A stretch of DNA of 62,025 nt, from NCBI GenBank assembly GCA_009602725.1, contig WELB01000005.1:1309070-1371094 (forward strand), written 5' to 3'. Positions 44,128 through 57,755 of the stretch are shown here, piece by piece. The notes under the pieces were generated by a model, which saw nothing but the letters and a program-made list of their open reading frames with translations, had not been told where the DNA came from and ran no database searches. Each line of letters begins with the position of its first letter. Positions within the stretch are counted from its first letter, which is position 1. The translations under genes were made by a program, and so were the position numbers. The stretch comes from Spirogloea muscicola (taxonomy: Eukaryota).

Positions 44128-47003
44128 ATGGCGGCCGTGGCAGACCCGCCTCCGTTCCAGGAGGCGCCCGCATGCTCCATCTGCAGCTGCGCGTGGACGA
44201 CTTTCCGCCGGCGCGTACGTTGCCTTTCCGCATCTTTCCCTCGTTCCTGATATCATAGCGGCCGGAAGCTGTGATATGCTTCTGGCGTGTTCTTGTGTGC
44301 TTCCAAGTCCTTGCCACTGGTCGAGTCCGCTAAGTCGTCCTTGTTCTATCGGGACTTACTTAGCATCAGCAGCTGCTAGACAGGTCCCGATAAGGGCCTC
44401 CGAGCCTGCTCGCAGCCTGTCTCTGCCAATTCTGCAGTCTGCAAAGACGTGCTGCAGTGGCAACCAGCAGTAAGAGAAACCTGCAGACCGTTTTACTATC
44501 TCCTCGTATGTCTGCTCACATCCTTGAGGTTGTCACAGCACCATTGCCGGAACTGTGGGAAGTCTGTCTGTGCCGACCACTCTGCACAGAGCAAGGTATA
44601 GCCCGTCCAATGCAATTATAGGCTTGGGATTGAGACACGCACACACCACGCTTGCATGCACTGGAGTAGCTCTGTGCATTCTGTAATTAGTATGCAGTCG
44701 GCGAGCTCTTGTGGCCGGTAGTACACTGCCCAATCGTAGAGGTACTTTTGTATCCAAGTTGGAGAAACTTGTGAGCATCTTCTCATTTGCTTTAAGGTTC
44801 CGTCTTTCTCCCACTTTGCAGCCCATACCCCGTTATGGTCTGAATTTCAACGTGCGAATCTGTGACACCTGCTATGGAAGCGTGAAGTGAGTACATTCCA
44901 GGTGCCACCTGGATTGGCCCCAAGGTTTTAGGGGTCTCCACTAGCTTGTTGACAAGCTGTTAGCAAAGCGGGAACTAACCTGGAGTTTAGCAACCTGGAC
45001 AACTATCCCATTCATAGTACTCGTGTGGTGTCGTCAACAGCAAGCCAACCCTTCCAACATCCTCCTCGGCTACAGACAATACACCCGTGCCAGTGCGCAA
45101 TGGTTCTGAGACAGCATCATCGCCGGCAAGGCTTGGATCCTCTACAGGGGCAGAATATCATCAAGAAGAAGCCCAGGCTTGTCAGCCTGTGGTCGACTGC
45201 ACGTGCCACATGCCTCTCTGCATATGTGAACCACCAGATGTAAGATGGAGAAGAGCAGTCCATGTGATCAATTGCACTTAAGGTCGTGTGACTTGGTTAG
45301 CAGAGCTGCACCATCATTGACATTTGCAGTGGACTTTGAATACTTGAATCATAGAATCACAGTATGCTTGACCACATGCGCTAGTTGACCCTGGTGGTTT
45401 TGCAGCCACCAAGTGCTCCTGCCTCCGGACCAACCCCTGCTCTCCCTTCTTCGAGACGAGTACACAGCTCTCCTGGAAATACTCAGATAAAGAGGGAAGT
45501 TGGATCAGAATATTCGAATGGAAAAGCTACAGTAAGCAGGTGCACCCAGCATCTCCATCTGTTGTTCCTTGCAAGGACAATGACATTGCAGTGCAGTTAT
45601 GCATCCCAAGGGATGCTCTCACAGAAGCATTAGGTGACTACACTGTCAATGTAGTAGCAATCAGGAAGACGGGACACTGAGTCAAGCATGGTGCAGGCAA
45701 GCGACCTAAGTGCATTCCTTTTACAGCTGTCACAAGGAAGTCAAGACAGTTTTGTTCTTATGAGTGACAATTTTTTACTTCTTCTGTGTTCTATGAGAAG
45801 GCACGGTCACAGATTGGTCGATCTTATATCATTGCCTTATCTAAGTGCCTGCTACTGATATCATCCTGCATGTACCAGCCTATTTCCCAGGTCCACCGAA
45901 ATTACTCATACAACGACTACGTCATCTTACGAGCCAACTCCAGAGGTGAGCCCCTCATTCCAATGGGTTTGTCAAGAAGAGAACTTGCCCTCATGCTTGA
46001 GGCTATGAAAGGTTTTTGTCAATATGCACCATGAAAGACAACATGTCTGGCATTGTGAAGGTGTTTGCATGCTCACCCATCCGCATCCGTTGCAAGAAAT
46101 GTGCAGGGCCTCCGTGAGGCTGTGAAGGCTGGAGACGTTGCTGCTGTACGGGAGCTGCTTGGAAAGGTGTGTCAAACAGCTATTGGCTCAGCTTGTGTTT
46201 GATCCGAAATTTGAGCATCTGTGATACCTGTCAAAGATGGCTGGCTTGGTGGAAGCATGAGCAGTGAAGGCTCCTGGGAGAGCCAACAGGATAATCTGTG
46301 CCGGTTTGCATTATGCAGGGTTTGACTGCTGACTACCAGGACAAGCAGGGGATGACCCTTGCCCATCTTGTGAGCATTATGCATCACCATGCTGGCAGCC
46401 ATTGGGCTGGAAGGGTTTTGAATTAATCAGTTGGCTCTTATGGTTATGTATCGTCCATCGTACAGATTTTTATGGGAGGTTGGGCAGCAGGTGCTGATTC
46501 TGCAGTACTGCATATGACTTTTTAGGAAGACGACTGCTTGATGGATGTTCTTCATTCTGAAGTTGCCAGGCTGTGTACACAGGCAGCCATGTTCAATCAC
46601 ACTGAGGTTGTGATGCTTCTCATGGAGAATGGCGCTTGCATGACAAAGGTCAACAGTCAAGGTGAGTAAGTTACTTAAGACTGCCTACCTTTGGAGTTGC
46701 GTGCATTTTTTTTGGCAAGATTGTGCAAGTTGAGGCATGCTTAGCTTGGGAGGCATGTTAAGCCAGTGATTACTGGACCTGACTCTGACAACACGCTTCT
46801 CTGCAGTGCTGTTGCTTCCCTGTAACATGCCATTGTGTTGTGTCCCATGCACTCCATCTGCTGCTCAAGCTCTGCAAGCTGATTCTGACATGCTCTCTGA
46901 GGGAGTGCTGTATCGTTGGACAGGGGAGACTCCCATTGACTGTGCACCTGCTACACTGGGCTTGAGAATGAGGCAGAAGATGGCTTCCATCTTAGCACAA
47001 TGA
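44128..47003 (+). CDS. FYVE zinc-finger plus ankyrin-repeat protein
   Basis: PPPFQEAPACSICSCAWTTFRRR|HHCRNCGKSVC..HS and VRICDTC (FYVE), then CTCHMPLCICE, GEGLREAVKAGD, DKQGMTLAHLAAMFNHTEVVMLLMENGA and GETPIDCAPATL...AQ*. Confidence 0.9.
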
Positions 47004-47171
47004 GTGGACTCCATTCAACATCACCAAGCTACCATGCAGGCAGTAGCCAATTAGAAACCATTTCATGGCTTTAGTTGCCGGTTTCTCTACCACATCATGT
47101 AGACTTATTCTTGGCTACACAAGTACATCACATCCATAGCATGCAAGCAGAAGCACCATATTCTGCCATTT

Positions 47172-49976
47172 TTAGGGGTGCTTCTCCAGCCAAGGCAGCT
47201 GTGCTTCGAGGTGTGCGGACTCTGCTGGCAGCTTGACAATGGGACCTATACTGAGTCGCCAAAAGTCTAGCAGAAGCGTCACCAACATTGTGGCACCTAG
47301 AGAGTTTATGGCTGCTTGGCTAATGGACCACGGCTGGGCTACATTCTCATCCATCCTGTGCCACAGCCATGCCAGTGTCAAGAAGGCGCCAGAAGGATGC
47401 CATCACTTCTGCTCTGAGACGTTTGACATTCATTTCACTTAGTATTGAGTTAAGCGACGTCCTATGCAGCAATGCAACAGGAGGACAGAGTCTGGTGCTG
47501 CTTACTGAAAGTACATGGGGAAGCTGACAAAGAAGTAGATTGCATAGAACAGTGACCCGACGCGGTACATGGCTCCCTTGTCTATAAAGGTGTAGTATTG
47601 AAACTGCAGGCAGCACTTAAGTGAGCTCGCTTGATGCCGCTTATGCAAACAGCAAACGACTTGCGACAGAGATGATGTGCATATTTATTGGTAACAACCT
47701 GTGAGCAATGCTGGTAGATGATCATCTGCTTTTCTGGTTGCTTCATGACAACCAGAGTATTGAGATACTAGCAGTGGGCTGTGCTAATGATGAAATGCCT
47801 TGGTTAGTTTCTTGGGCATAAGTATCTGCTCACATTGGCGATGGTGAATGTCTCCATGAAAGCCATGAAGTAGCTGAGGGCGAACACCCAGGCAGCCCTG
47901 GCTGTCCAGGCCCACAGCCGCGGCCATAAGGCCAGGGCTCTCTGCAACCTCCTTAGTGTGACAGTGGACACGGTGTGGTAGAAACAAAAGTACGCATGCG
48001 TCAGCAGGTACAGAGGGATGGGCACCTGGCTCAGTTACAACAATGGCAGTTTCAGCCAGGTATGATACAAAGTTTGCAAGGGCGAGCACTAGCGGTGCAA
48101 GTTGTGCTAATGCAAGCTAACACCGTGGGGTTGTTTGCGAAGCTGAGGGCTTCTTGATAGGTTGCTAATATTGTAATTAGGCCATCAGGGACAACAGATA
48201 AGGTGACCTCCGAAAGACCGCTGCTAAATGCTACCATGCTACATGTTAATGCTAACAGACTATAAAAATCTGAAGTCGGTATCTTGGAGGGCCACGACTT
48301 GCCAAGCTTTCAATGTTGAGGATAGTTTTGGCTTAATGCTAGTGTGGTAATGGTAGCTGGTTTGGTGGCATCGAAGCTTACGCCGTTCAGGCGCCAGGAA
48401 GGGAATGTGTAGGAGGCGCCAAGCAATGTGTAGAAGTAGTGGGTCCACAGGTAATTGCCGACAAAGCTAAAAATGGCTATCCAGACATTGGCCTGATTAA
48501 ACACATCAAATGGTGCCAGCTTAACGCCACAGAATAACATTGACGGGACAGGCGAACTCAAGGATGCAAGAGCGCCATTGCAGATAGACTTGTGCATGAG
48601 GACTTCATGCAACTTGCTCGTGAGCAACTGCTTTTCCGAGCAACTGCATCCACTGATACCCCTGGTTGCAATGCAGCGCTCGATGGCCACGTTCTTGCTA
48701 TGCAAGCTGCGAATGGCCATGCTCACCTTGACCCAGTGGCGTTCGTGCCACGGCCGCCCACGATCAGCCTGGAGGGGAGAGCAGCAAATGACACGGTAAA
48801 GGTGGCCCTGAGACAACAGCAAAGGTATGCGCCTGCCCAAAATAGCCAAGAGATACTTGTGGAGTGATTTAGCATATGGAAGATCAGAAGTGCATTAGCA
48901 TGTTGAAGTTGAGAAAGCGACTGGTGAACAGACTTGAGGTTGCAGGTGAGACACCTTGCCGACAATGAGCAGCGGAATGATGAAGCAGGGAAGGCAGGCT
49001 GCGAGGCCAACGCACATGTACTCCCACTCCGTGAACCTCTACACAGCACAAGATCTTGTATGTCAGCCATGCGAGAAACATACCGGTGAGCACAACACAC
49101 TGTCAGCCAAGGACAGCCTCCTTTGCAGTTGGACTGCATTCCAGCCCAGGACGGGGCGCCAATGGTGGCACTCAAGAGTACCCAAGCCCTAATGCGCTTA
49201 AGGTGTCAAATTCGATCAGCCAACGATCTCGTCTGGCAATGCAACCCGCCCAGTTCGTGCAGGTCGACCAATAACTGCTTCGATGATGACCTGGCTGCGA
49301 CAGAGGCCAAGGGAACTATGCCATGGCATCTGTACCTTATGACCCTGATTGTAGATGTGTGCATTGTACTCAAGTATCCTGTATGATGCAAGCACACCGG
49401 CTAGACGGCAACCAGCGGCGCAGACCTCAAAGAGCTTCAGGGGGACGATGACGCCGAGCGCCCAGGCAATCCACACAGGGCTGTAGGCCAGGAAGAAGAG
49501 CTCCGTCCACCGCTTGCTCGGCGCCTCCGCCAGCCACAGCGCACCACCACTGTCACCGCCGCCCACCCACCTGCCCTCCTCTGAGACTCGCGAGCACCCA
49601 CAGCCAGGGTCATGGCTTGAGAAGAGGCGACTGGCTGAGACTGACACCCTGAGGGAAACTATGCTACGCTTCTCGGAAGTGCGAGTCAGGTTCGCTTTTG
49701 CGGCGGTGGCATGTAGCACATGGCGAATGCAGCTGAGCTGCTAAAATGGTCGACAGGGCGACCTGGATCAACGATGTGTAAAAGCTCAATGTCCAAGGTC
49801 AGTGCTAGGCGGCCTGGGAGACCGCGTCCTCTGGCTCGCAGCGTCTCATGGCATGGCTCCATGAAGCAGGCTGGCAGACGCTCACGCTCTACATTGCATG
49901 CAGGACATGGACGGCGAGCTCAGCGGCCCCGGCGGCTGCTCACCCTGGCCAGCGTCCAGAGGCCTGGCGCCGCCAT
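47172..49976 (-). CDS. CPI1: Cycloeucalenol cycloisomerase (cyclopropyl sterol isomerase); 5' exon structure uncertain above ~49570
   Basis: Exons give LWLAEAPSKRWTELFFLAYSPVW, WVKANVWIAIFSFVGNYLWTHYF..LGASYTFPSWRLNGVP, LTHAYF.FYH, MYRVGSLFYAIYFFVSFPM and LLDFWRL.IGPI. The candidate first exon MAAPGLWTLAR|GTGAGC at 49976 is not phase-verified. Confidence 0.9.
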
Positions 49977-50349
49977 CCTCGCGGCCCTCTGCAATGGGGC
50001 CGAGGCTGGCCTTCTGCCTTTCACGCATCTGCCGCTCCGCGCTCGGGCTGAACCAGAGGTTGTCGTCAAGGAGGATGCGGGTTGGAGCTACAGTGCAACG
50101 GTACTCGAAGAGTTGCAGGAGAGGCCTTCGGTGGCCGCCTGAGACTTGGAAACTGCTAACGCAAGTCTGTGGTCTGGGAACGTAGGTGTGTCTGAGGGAG
50201 GACAGAGGCAATGGTGGCACGAGGGCAAGGAGAGAGGCTTGGGGAGAGCCTGGGGCGCAACCGAGGGCGGTGCCTGGGGGCGGGGATTTGGAGAACAGAG
50301 TGCCTGCTCAGAGACCCCTACCCAGTTGCCGCAACTGGGCAAACATAGC

Positions 50350-51300
50350 AGCAGAAAGGAAGCAAGCGCGGCCAGATTAAGCGGTGGCTGGGAGGGGCCA
50401 GCCCAAAGGAATGGACAAGGTCTGGAGGAGCCGGAGTGCCAAGGACTGAGACAGCAGCAAGTCTCAGCAAGCAGGAAAGCAGACTCTCAGTAACCAGAAA
50501 GGCTCGCCCATTGAGGATAGGGGCTGGGAAAGCCAGCCCAAAAAGAAGGAACAAAGTCCGAGAAGGGGGCCACCTCTAGGGGGTAACCTCTAGTCAGTAG
50601 ATGTAAGTCTGAATAGCTAGCAGAAAGAGATAGGAGTTTGCTCACTCGTGGGTACTGAGCTTCCCTCTGCATCGTTTCTGTGTTCTGCAGTGTTTTGTAG
50701 TGTAGTCCTTCTCCGGCTCCTCTTTCTTTGGCTTTGGACATTGTCCATTCTTTTTTGGGGCTGGCTTTGCCACCCCTCTTCTCTATGGGCGCGCACTTCT
50801 CTTACAGCTTCTTCGTTCTGCCATAGCCTCTTCAGGCCCCGCAGTCGCTGCTTAGCTCGTAGTTTGGCCCCTTCGAACCTTGTCAATTCTTTTCGGGCTG
50901 GCTTCTCACAGCCCTTGCCATTGGGAGAGCCACTTCTTCTTCTTCTTCTTCTTCTTCACAGAAAGAGAGCGGCTCCGCTGTTCCAAGAAGAAGACAAGAC
51001 TACTCGGTAGAGGGCTATGGCTATGATCTGGCCCTTTCTGGCCAGCCCAGAAAGGGCCAGAATCCCAAGGGGGGCCAGAAAAGCGCTAAAGCACACAGAG
51101 ACTCAGGTGGCCACCGGGTGCTCAGTATCGGTTGACCAGCCGCAGGTCGGAGAGAAACCTGAGACTAGTCCCAGGTAGCGAGTTGCCTGTCTGGAGCCCT
51201 CGCCAACGTTCGAAAGAGCTTCTTTGCTCTGGCGCCTCGACTTCCAGCCAACGTGCAGCGGCCGCCGAGGACAGACGGACAGTTCAGAAGGGGAACACGA
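50350..51300. mobile_element. Cluster 5: nested retroelement 3' ends (A minus with an internal insert, C plus, B plus with a (TTC)8 tail, E-like minus)
   Basis: The A copy is bounded by AGCAGAAAG (50350-50358, 50619-50627). An 87-bp insert inside it is bounded by GTAACC (50490-50495, 50583-50588). (TTC)8 lies at 50934-50957. The minus strand reads LSDLRLVNRY* near 51155-51123. Confidence 0.8.
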
Positions 51301-51544
51301 GATGCAAGCCATGGCAGACGTCGAAGCGGGCTCGCAGCTGCCAGCAGAGTGAAAGACTCGCAACAAACATTTGTGGGTGTTGCTCTAGCACTGGCATGCA
51401 GTCCCAGTCAGTCGGTTCTGCAGAGCTGGCCAGACTGCTGGGCGCCCAGCTGCAGAGCTGCCAACGGGCAAGACTCGCAGGCGGCGGCAGAGGCAGCAGC
51501 GGCGGCAGCTCCATGAAACTGTGGCGGTTGATGGAGGCACAGTG

Positions 51545-54297
51545 ATGGTGCCACAGGCGGCGGCGTGCCTGGCAGTACTAATGGGCCTCCCGGCAGCTGG
51601 GAAGACCACGCTCGCCCGCGCGCTGGCGGCCCTCGCTGCAGGTGATAGCTGCAAGTGCACGCTACCTGAATGCATGAGATTGTGCATAATAAATTGCAGC
51701 CACGGTCAAGATCTTGGTAATAGTGACTGCGCCCTGCAGCTTTCCAGCTCTTGCCGGCTCCGAAGCTCACTGCAACAGTGCTGTGTGCACTGTGGCGTCC
51801 TTAGCGTCCCCGGACGGCGTCCGGACACCTGCCACTGCTCGGAAGGTGGCCGTCGTTCACTTTGACGACTTTCGATGTGGAGGCAGCAGCTGTGGCGGCG
51901 GCGGTCTCCTCAAGGACTGGCGGGTCAGCACGAGGATGGCTATGCTCTCGGCGCATACAGAACATCTGGAGTCAACATTTGCTTAGGTGCCATCATACAA
52001 GGTGGACACTTAGAATGGAGTTCTGGACTCACGTCAACGTGTACCTTCGCTCTGCCGTCAAGCCAAGTATCCCAGGACTTATTTTTCGTCGAGCTCGTGG
52101 AGTGGCGGCATGCTGCAGGAAGCCCGGCACGAGGCCCTGCACCAGGTGGAGTTACTCCTCCAACACCAGGACGCTGAAGGTGGTCAGCTAATGACCTGTG
52201 GTTGGCAGAAAATGCTCCCAACGATTAGTGTCGTTTGATGCTATGAGGATTTTCCTCTTGTTTGTCCCTATCATTCGGGCCTCTCCTCTATAATGTCTAT
52301 CCACATTGATATCGTTGGCGTGCTTTGAATATATAAAGTGATTATCTAGTGGGAGCAGCACGCTGGATCGTGTGCAATCCCATCCTCCATGAGCTATCTG
52401 GTCTAGGATTTACGGAGGTGAGGTTTCGAACACAGGGGTTTGACTTAATTGGCCCACGGCCTGCGCTCACGTTGCTGACGCGCTCCCTTGTGGCCGCCAG
52501 CGCCGTTGCTGATTATTGTGGATGACACCATGGAGCTACGCAGCGTGCGGCTCAGGGCCTACAAGCTTGCCCGCCGCTGTGAGCCCTTGCCTGCTTGAGA
52601 ACACTGCTTTGTGTTATACGTTGACCTGATATTGACTTGAAAGACCAACAAGGCCTATGAGTCTTCTTGGAGCTTGTGGTCTATTTCCTAGTGTTCTAAC
52701 TCCAGTACTCAAGTATCCAGCGACCCAGTAATCAGTACTCCTGCTGCATTTGCATTAATTACTTGCTCAATGCAGGAGTGTGCAACTGTAATGTGATATT
52801 GCAAAGAACTTCACAGACCTGATTCATTGGAGGTATGTCCTCTAGACATCAGTGCTGGGGAGCTCACCTGTGCAGTGATTGCAACTGTGCCCACAGACGG
52901 GGCGGCATTCATAGTAGTCTACATAGCGGCGCCCCCAGCTCTGTCCCAAGCTAGGAATGAGAGCAGGCCCGCTCAGCAGCGGGTACCAGAATCCGTCCTG
53001 GCTCAAATGACTGCGAGGCTGGAGCCTCCTGACGGCACAATGCACTCCTCGGAGCTCAGTGCTGTTATTGTCAACGCAACAGGAAGTTCTCAGGATCTCA
53101 GGTGACACTCGTTTCTGCAACTATGAGCTGGCGTGCCAGAGTGCTGTACCTGTCTGAAGCTACCTTCAAGTGCTAAGCCTTGCGCCTAGTATATTGGGGA
53201 CCACATTAAGCATCCAGACCTGCATGTCCTGCTTGATGATCCTGTGTATTAAGGTGACGTCATAAGCCATCCAGTCATTGATGTCCTCAGAGGGCTTTGT
53301 GTGAAGTCTACATTTCATTGGACTGCTGAGAGCTCTGCAGCCAGCATGTGTGGGAGGAGCTGCTGCAGCGGTGGGGCGAGCCGGCGCCAGCCTTGACCTC
53401 TCACGATGACTACGCGACACTGGTGGGTATGTGACAAACAAGTATGCAGCGACAAAAATTTAAGGGTATAATTGGCGGTCTGCTTGTGGTCAGTTTTGAA
53501 GCTTTTAAAGTAAATATCTAGCCTTGCTGTTTCGGTCTGCACTCTTGAATTTGGTAGTAGCAATTAATACTGCTCAATGATCATCACGGAAATTCTACAA
53601 ACAACGTAACGACCTTTGTGTGTTCCTTGCAGAATGATCATAGGAGCGCTAACAGCGCTCTACACTTGCTTGATCTCCGTACAAGGAAGCTTCAGTCTGC
53701 GTCGTTATCTGCACTTCAAGCACGTGAGAGATCAGACTCTGCTTACAACCTCCACTAGCAAGAGCCCAATTATGAATTTTATATTGCTCAAGAGCCGAGA
53801 GAGGTGAACCTTACACCATTGCGTCTCACAGGCTTACTCTTAAGCAGCAATGACCCATGTACTGTAGATTGTAGACCCTAGCTTCTGATGAGCACTGATG
53901 ACTAAATAGGGATTATAATTCTGAGCAGTACTATGTGACACCGTTGTATTATTGGTTCCTGTATGACATTGACTTGCCCTTGACATAAAGACACAACCTA
54001 CTGTAATGGCCTCCTCTAGCCTCTGTCAACCTGTGTATCATGCTGCGGTTACTGTGACTGCCTGTTCCAGGTGGCGACACCGGGCACATTCTAAAAGCAG
54101 CTCAGCAATTGAGTGGGGCGCGAAGGGAGCTCCTCTGCAAGGCCAGGGCATTCGCCACTTCCTGCCACTCCGAGACAAGTGGAAGGCTGGACGTTGACCA
54201 TGAAGCCAGGAGTTCAGCGGGACTGTTAGTGGAGTATGTGGAAGCAGAGGTTGCAAGATATGAAGCCCGGTGCTTCCAGGCGCTAGATAACCCTTGA
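51545..54297 (+). CDS. PSTK: L-seryl-tRNA(Sec) kinase (PSTK)-like P-loop kinase, 8 exons
   Basis: CLAVLMGLPAAGKTTLAR, VVHFDD, WREARHEAL, LIIVDDTMELRSVRLRAYKLARRYG, ARNESR..RVPESVLAQMTARLEPP and ANSALHLLDLRTRK. All junctions are GT-AG and in phase. The paralogue KTI12 fits less well. Confidence 0.75.
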
Positions 54298-54869
54298 CGA
54301 AGTTGACCTTCAGGAAAGCAACTGTATCTTATGCTGATGCGCGAATGCAAGCCTGCACTCCTTCACACCTTCAAGTGAGCTCTGCATCCAAGGTCTATAG
54401 CAAATGTAGGTCTATGAGTGCGTTTCAATCATTGATGACAGCTTCTTCTAATGCCTGCCTGTTCAAGTATTGTTAACAGCTTCTTAACTCCTGCCTGCCA
54501 CTGGCACTGAGAGGTACTATTACGCAGATGCACATACCTTAACTAGAATCAGGTGGCCACATCACTGTGCATGTGTAGGGACGAGCCATTGTCCAGTCAA
54601 ACATCATCTTCGCTGCTTCTAACTTTTCTGTGCATGCCTTGTCTTGGTACTATCAAGGTAGAGCAAGAGCAGATGCTTAGTGATGCTCTGCTCTTGGTTG
54701 CGACCTTTTTAGAAGCAATTTAGAAAAACGGAACAAGGGACTTGCCCCGTCAATGGTGATGCTCAGGCTGCTGAGAATAGCTGCTGAGATTTGCTCATGC
54801 CAACTCGCTGCGCTTTGCCCGTTGGAAAGCGAGGGTTCTTCAAAAGCACATGCTTTTGCACGACTTTTA

Positions 54870-57743
54870 TCAAGAACACTCATGGCACGCACTGAGCTCA
54901 GACTCTGATTTGGGAGGTGGAGGTAGGAGGCCTTCTCTGGATGCCATCTCGTAGATGGCACAAGCAGCCAGAACCTTCGAGTCAGCGGAGCTCCGCCAGA
55001 GCTGGGGATAAGGTACAAGCCTGACCTGGATCAGCTCGCCATGATCTCTCAGACCAGTTTTCCTGCCTCGTAACTGCTCTACAATCTGCCACGTGAAGGA
55101 CAAGTGTGTGAGACTGCCGGCATGTACAGGTACTGGCCTGCATTTGATATCCAGGCAAAGGATAGGAGACTATAGAGCTGGATATATTAGGCTCAAATGC
55201 AGTTGCAAAGGCTAAATTCTGAATCAGCATCTCAATTATGCTGGTGGACAAAGACAAGTACCTCTTTGTCCACTTTTGTGCGATAAAGAAAGAGCGTAAT
55301 TTGTTCGTCACTACCACCCTGAACAATAGGCACCAAAACGTTGTAGTGTCAGAATATGCGACAATCTGCGCAGCGCAGTGATAGATTCCTGTTCTAGTGG
55401 TATCATCTGCTGAAAGGGTACCAAGTAGGCGAAGGAGTGAAATTGCGAAGTGCCTGCTCCTGTTATATAATCTATATAGAAATCACATATCACATGCCAA
55501 CTTATTGACTTCCACGCAAGAGATGGACATACTGGAGATGGATACATCTTCTGACTGGTATCAGGGTCAAGTAGTGCTGTCAGATCCACAAGGTCCTCCG
55601 CCTTCAAGTGTATCCCAGTTTCCTCCTCAACCTGATAACATACAAAAGGTGGTAAGCGCACTTCTCATCATGCTTTAAGGTTGCCAGTGATGAGGCTAAT
55701 GGAGTTGCCCCGGTTGCCAAGAAGGTAGTCTAGCAGCAATGACACTGATCGTTGCTGCATTGTTACTCCATCATTGTCAACTGGAGGAGTTTCTGCATCT
55801 GACCTCTCTAGCTGCTGTGCCTACAAAGTCGCCTTCACCATCATCGAGCATCCCTGCGGGCAGTTCAAGAATGGCCCTACCCACTGGTACACGAGCCTGG
55901 CACAGCTCGCCGCGCAGAAGATCACGTGCTGGTACACATCAAAAACGTTCCATAGAGCAGAAGCTTCGACCTGCCTACAGCTTGTGTCCTCTTCACATCT
56001 ACTGTCAGCTCGAGCATAGTGTAAGCACCGAGGTATGCATGGAGCAACTTCACTGACTCACAGTAGCAAGCAGAGCCATTTCATCTCAAGGTAAGGCGTG
56101 ACAAGCTACAACATCGATTCGTCACTCGTATATGCCAAGCAGTTGTGCACCTGTTCTGTGAGCACCGCATACTGCTCACCCTCGCACTCAAGCAGCATGA
56201 GTATTCCCACTGCTCCTCCCCGGGCGAAGACAATGCCTGGCAGCTGCAGCCAAGTCAAGCAAGGCTAACGCAGCAGCTCTTTACGAACTTTCTCTTATAT
56301 TGCACAAGTTGTCGTACTACTACGTTACGAGCTTTTCCAGTTTGCTTTGTAAGAAGGGAATTATTAGTACAGATGGAGACATGGTAAGTGCTGTGTGGTA
56401 TGATGCTTCATATTTTTGCCTCGGTTGCTTGAAGAAGTATTACAACTAATGCCCACTGTCTAAAATTGCAGACCTTGCTTTTTGTTTCGTTGTCATAGAT
56501 GTCGGCTTTAAACTTCACAAAGCCAACGCGTTGTCCAAACATGTCCACGCTCTGAAAGAGGTTCACAAGTCCTTGATAATATCGTGTCAGTTTATAGTCA
56601 TAGTGCTCAATCTTTGGTGTCCACACATGCAAATTGCATGGTGAGTAGGAGCTGAAGTGCAAGAGGCTTGGCAGCAGGCGATTATCCGTGAGTGCTTGAA
56701 GTGCCCCTTGCAGGATGACTGGAGTGAGATAATTTTTGGACTAGGTAAGTACATAATCCAGGGCTCGACCACCACATAGTCCGCCAAGTACTATGAGGTC
56801 CCCCAACAGCCAATGTGCGCAGCAAGAAAGTCCTTCCATTGACCTGCACTACCCCACCTGGATTGTGATTCTGCGGAGAGTGCAGCCGAGGTTGAGGATA
56901 CCGCCGGGGCCACGCAGGGCCTTCTCCCAATCCTTGAATGGCACCGATGCCAGCGCCTTCCTGACAACATTGACGAACGGCATGCATTACACCTGGAGCT
57001 AACGCCACGTCCAGCGAACTTGATTGTGTTTTTTTGAAAAACTACTACATCATTACGCAGCTTAGCTGCTGTTGACTATTGTGGCACAGATTTCGTCTCC
57101 TTTGCCTTAGCATCACACAGCTCCTGGGCCGTGCATCACGAGCTTGCAAATTCTCAGCGTGCTTGATTCTCACTGAAAGGGTCCATGACCTTCTTGAGCC
57201 GATGTGCAAGCTTACTCTATCTCAGCCTCGCTGATGCCAGGCGCCCCGGTGACTTGCACTGGCAGCCCAGAAACGACGGCGTCCTTTGTCAGCCCTTCCG
57301 CCATAGAGGTCGACGCGCTGGACGCCCGGTATACTGGCTGCATGACGGTGCGCGCCACCGAGCGGGTGCCGCTTGCGGCGGGCAGAGAGGGCAGCCTCGC
57401 GTTCTGCCGCCGCGCAGGAGGCCACTACTGAGGTCAGCCACCATGGCTTCAGGATGATGAGGGACGGCCTTCACTAAGGTCACGATGGTGGCGGACGGCA
57501 ACGCAAAGGCGACGCCAGCGCTGTGTCGTCTGGCATTGCGGACGACGGCTTCTGCTGCAGCGCTCGGCGGGGGGGAGGCGGCGCAGCGTCCACATCGCCA
57601 TTGAGACGAGTGAATGGCCTCAAGGGCCGGGGCCTCCGCCGGGCGCGCCTCACCCTGGCGCAGTGGCCCGGGGCTCGGGCGGCCCTGGCGGCCGCCAGCT
57701 GCGTGGCGTGTAGTCCCGCCCGGCGCAGGGCCTGTGCCGGCAT
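54870..57743 (-). CDS. NUDX14: Nudix hydrolase 14-like (plastid ADP-sugar pyrophosphatase)
   Basis: Transit-peptide-like N-terminus, then IQSVDMFGQRVGFVKFKAD, LPGIVFARGAVGILMLL, QARVPVGRAILELPAGMLDD..GDFVGTAAREVEEETGI (Nudix box), YPSPGGSDE and TGLRDHGELIQV..ADSKVLAA. Confidence 0.9.
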
Positions 57744-57755
57744 CGGCGGCGGCGG

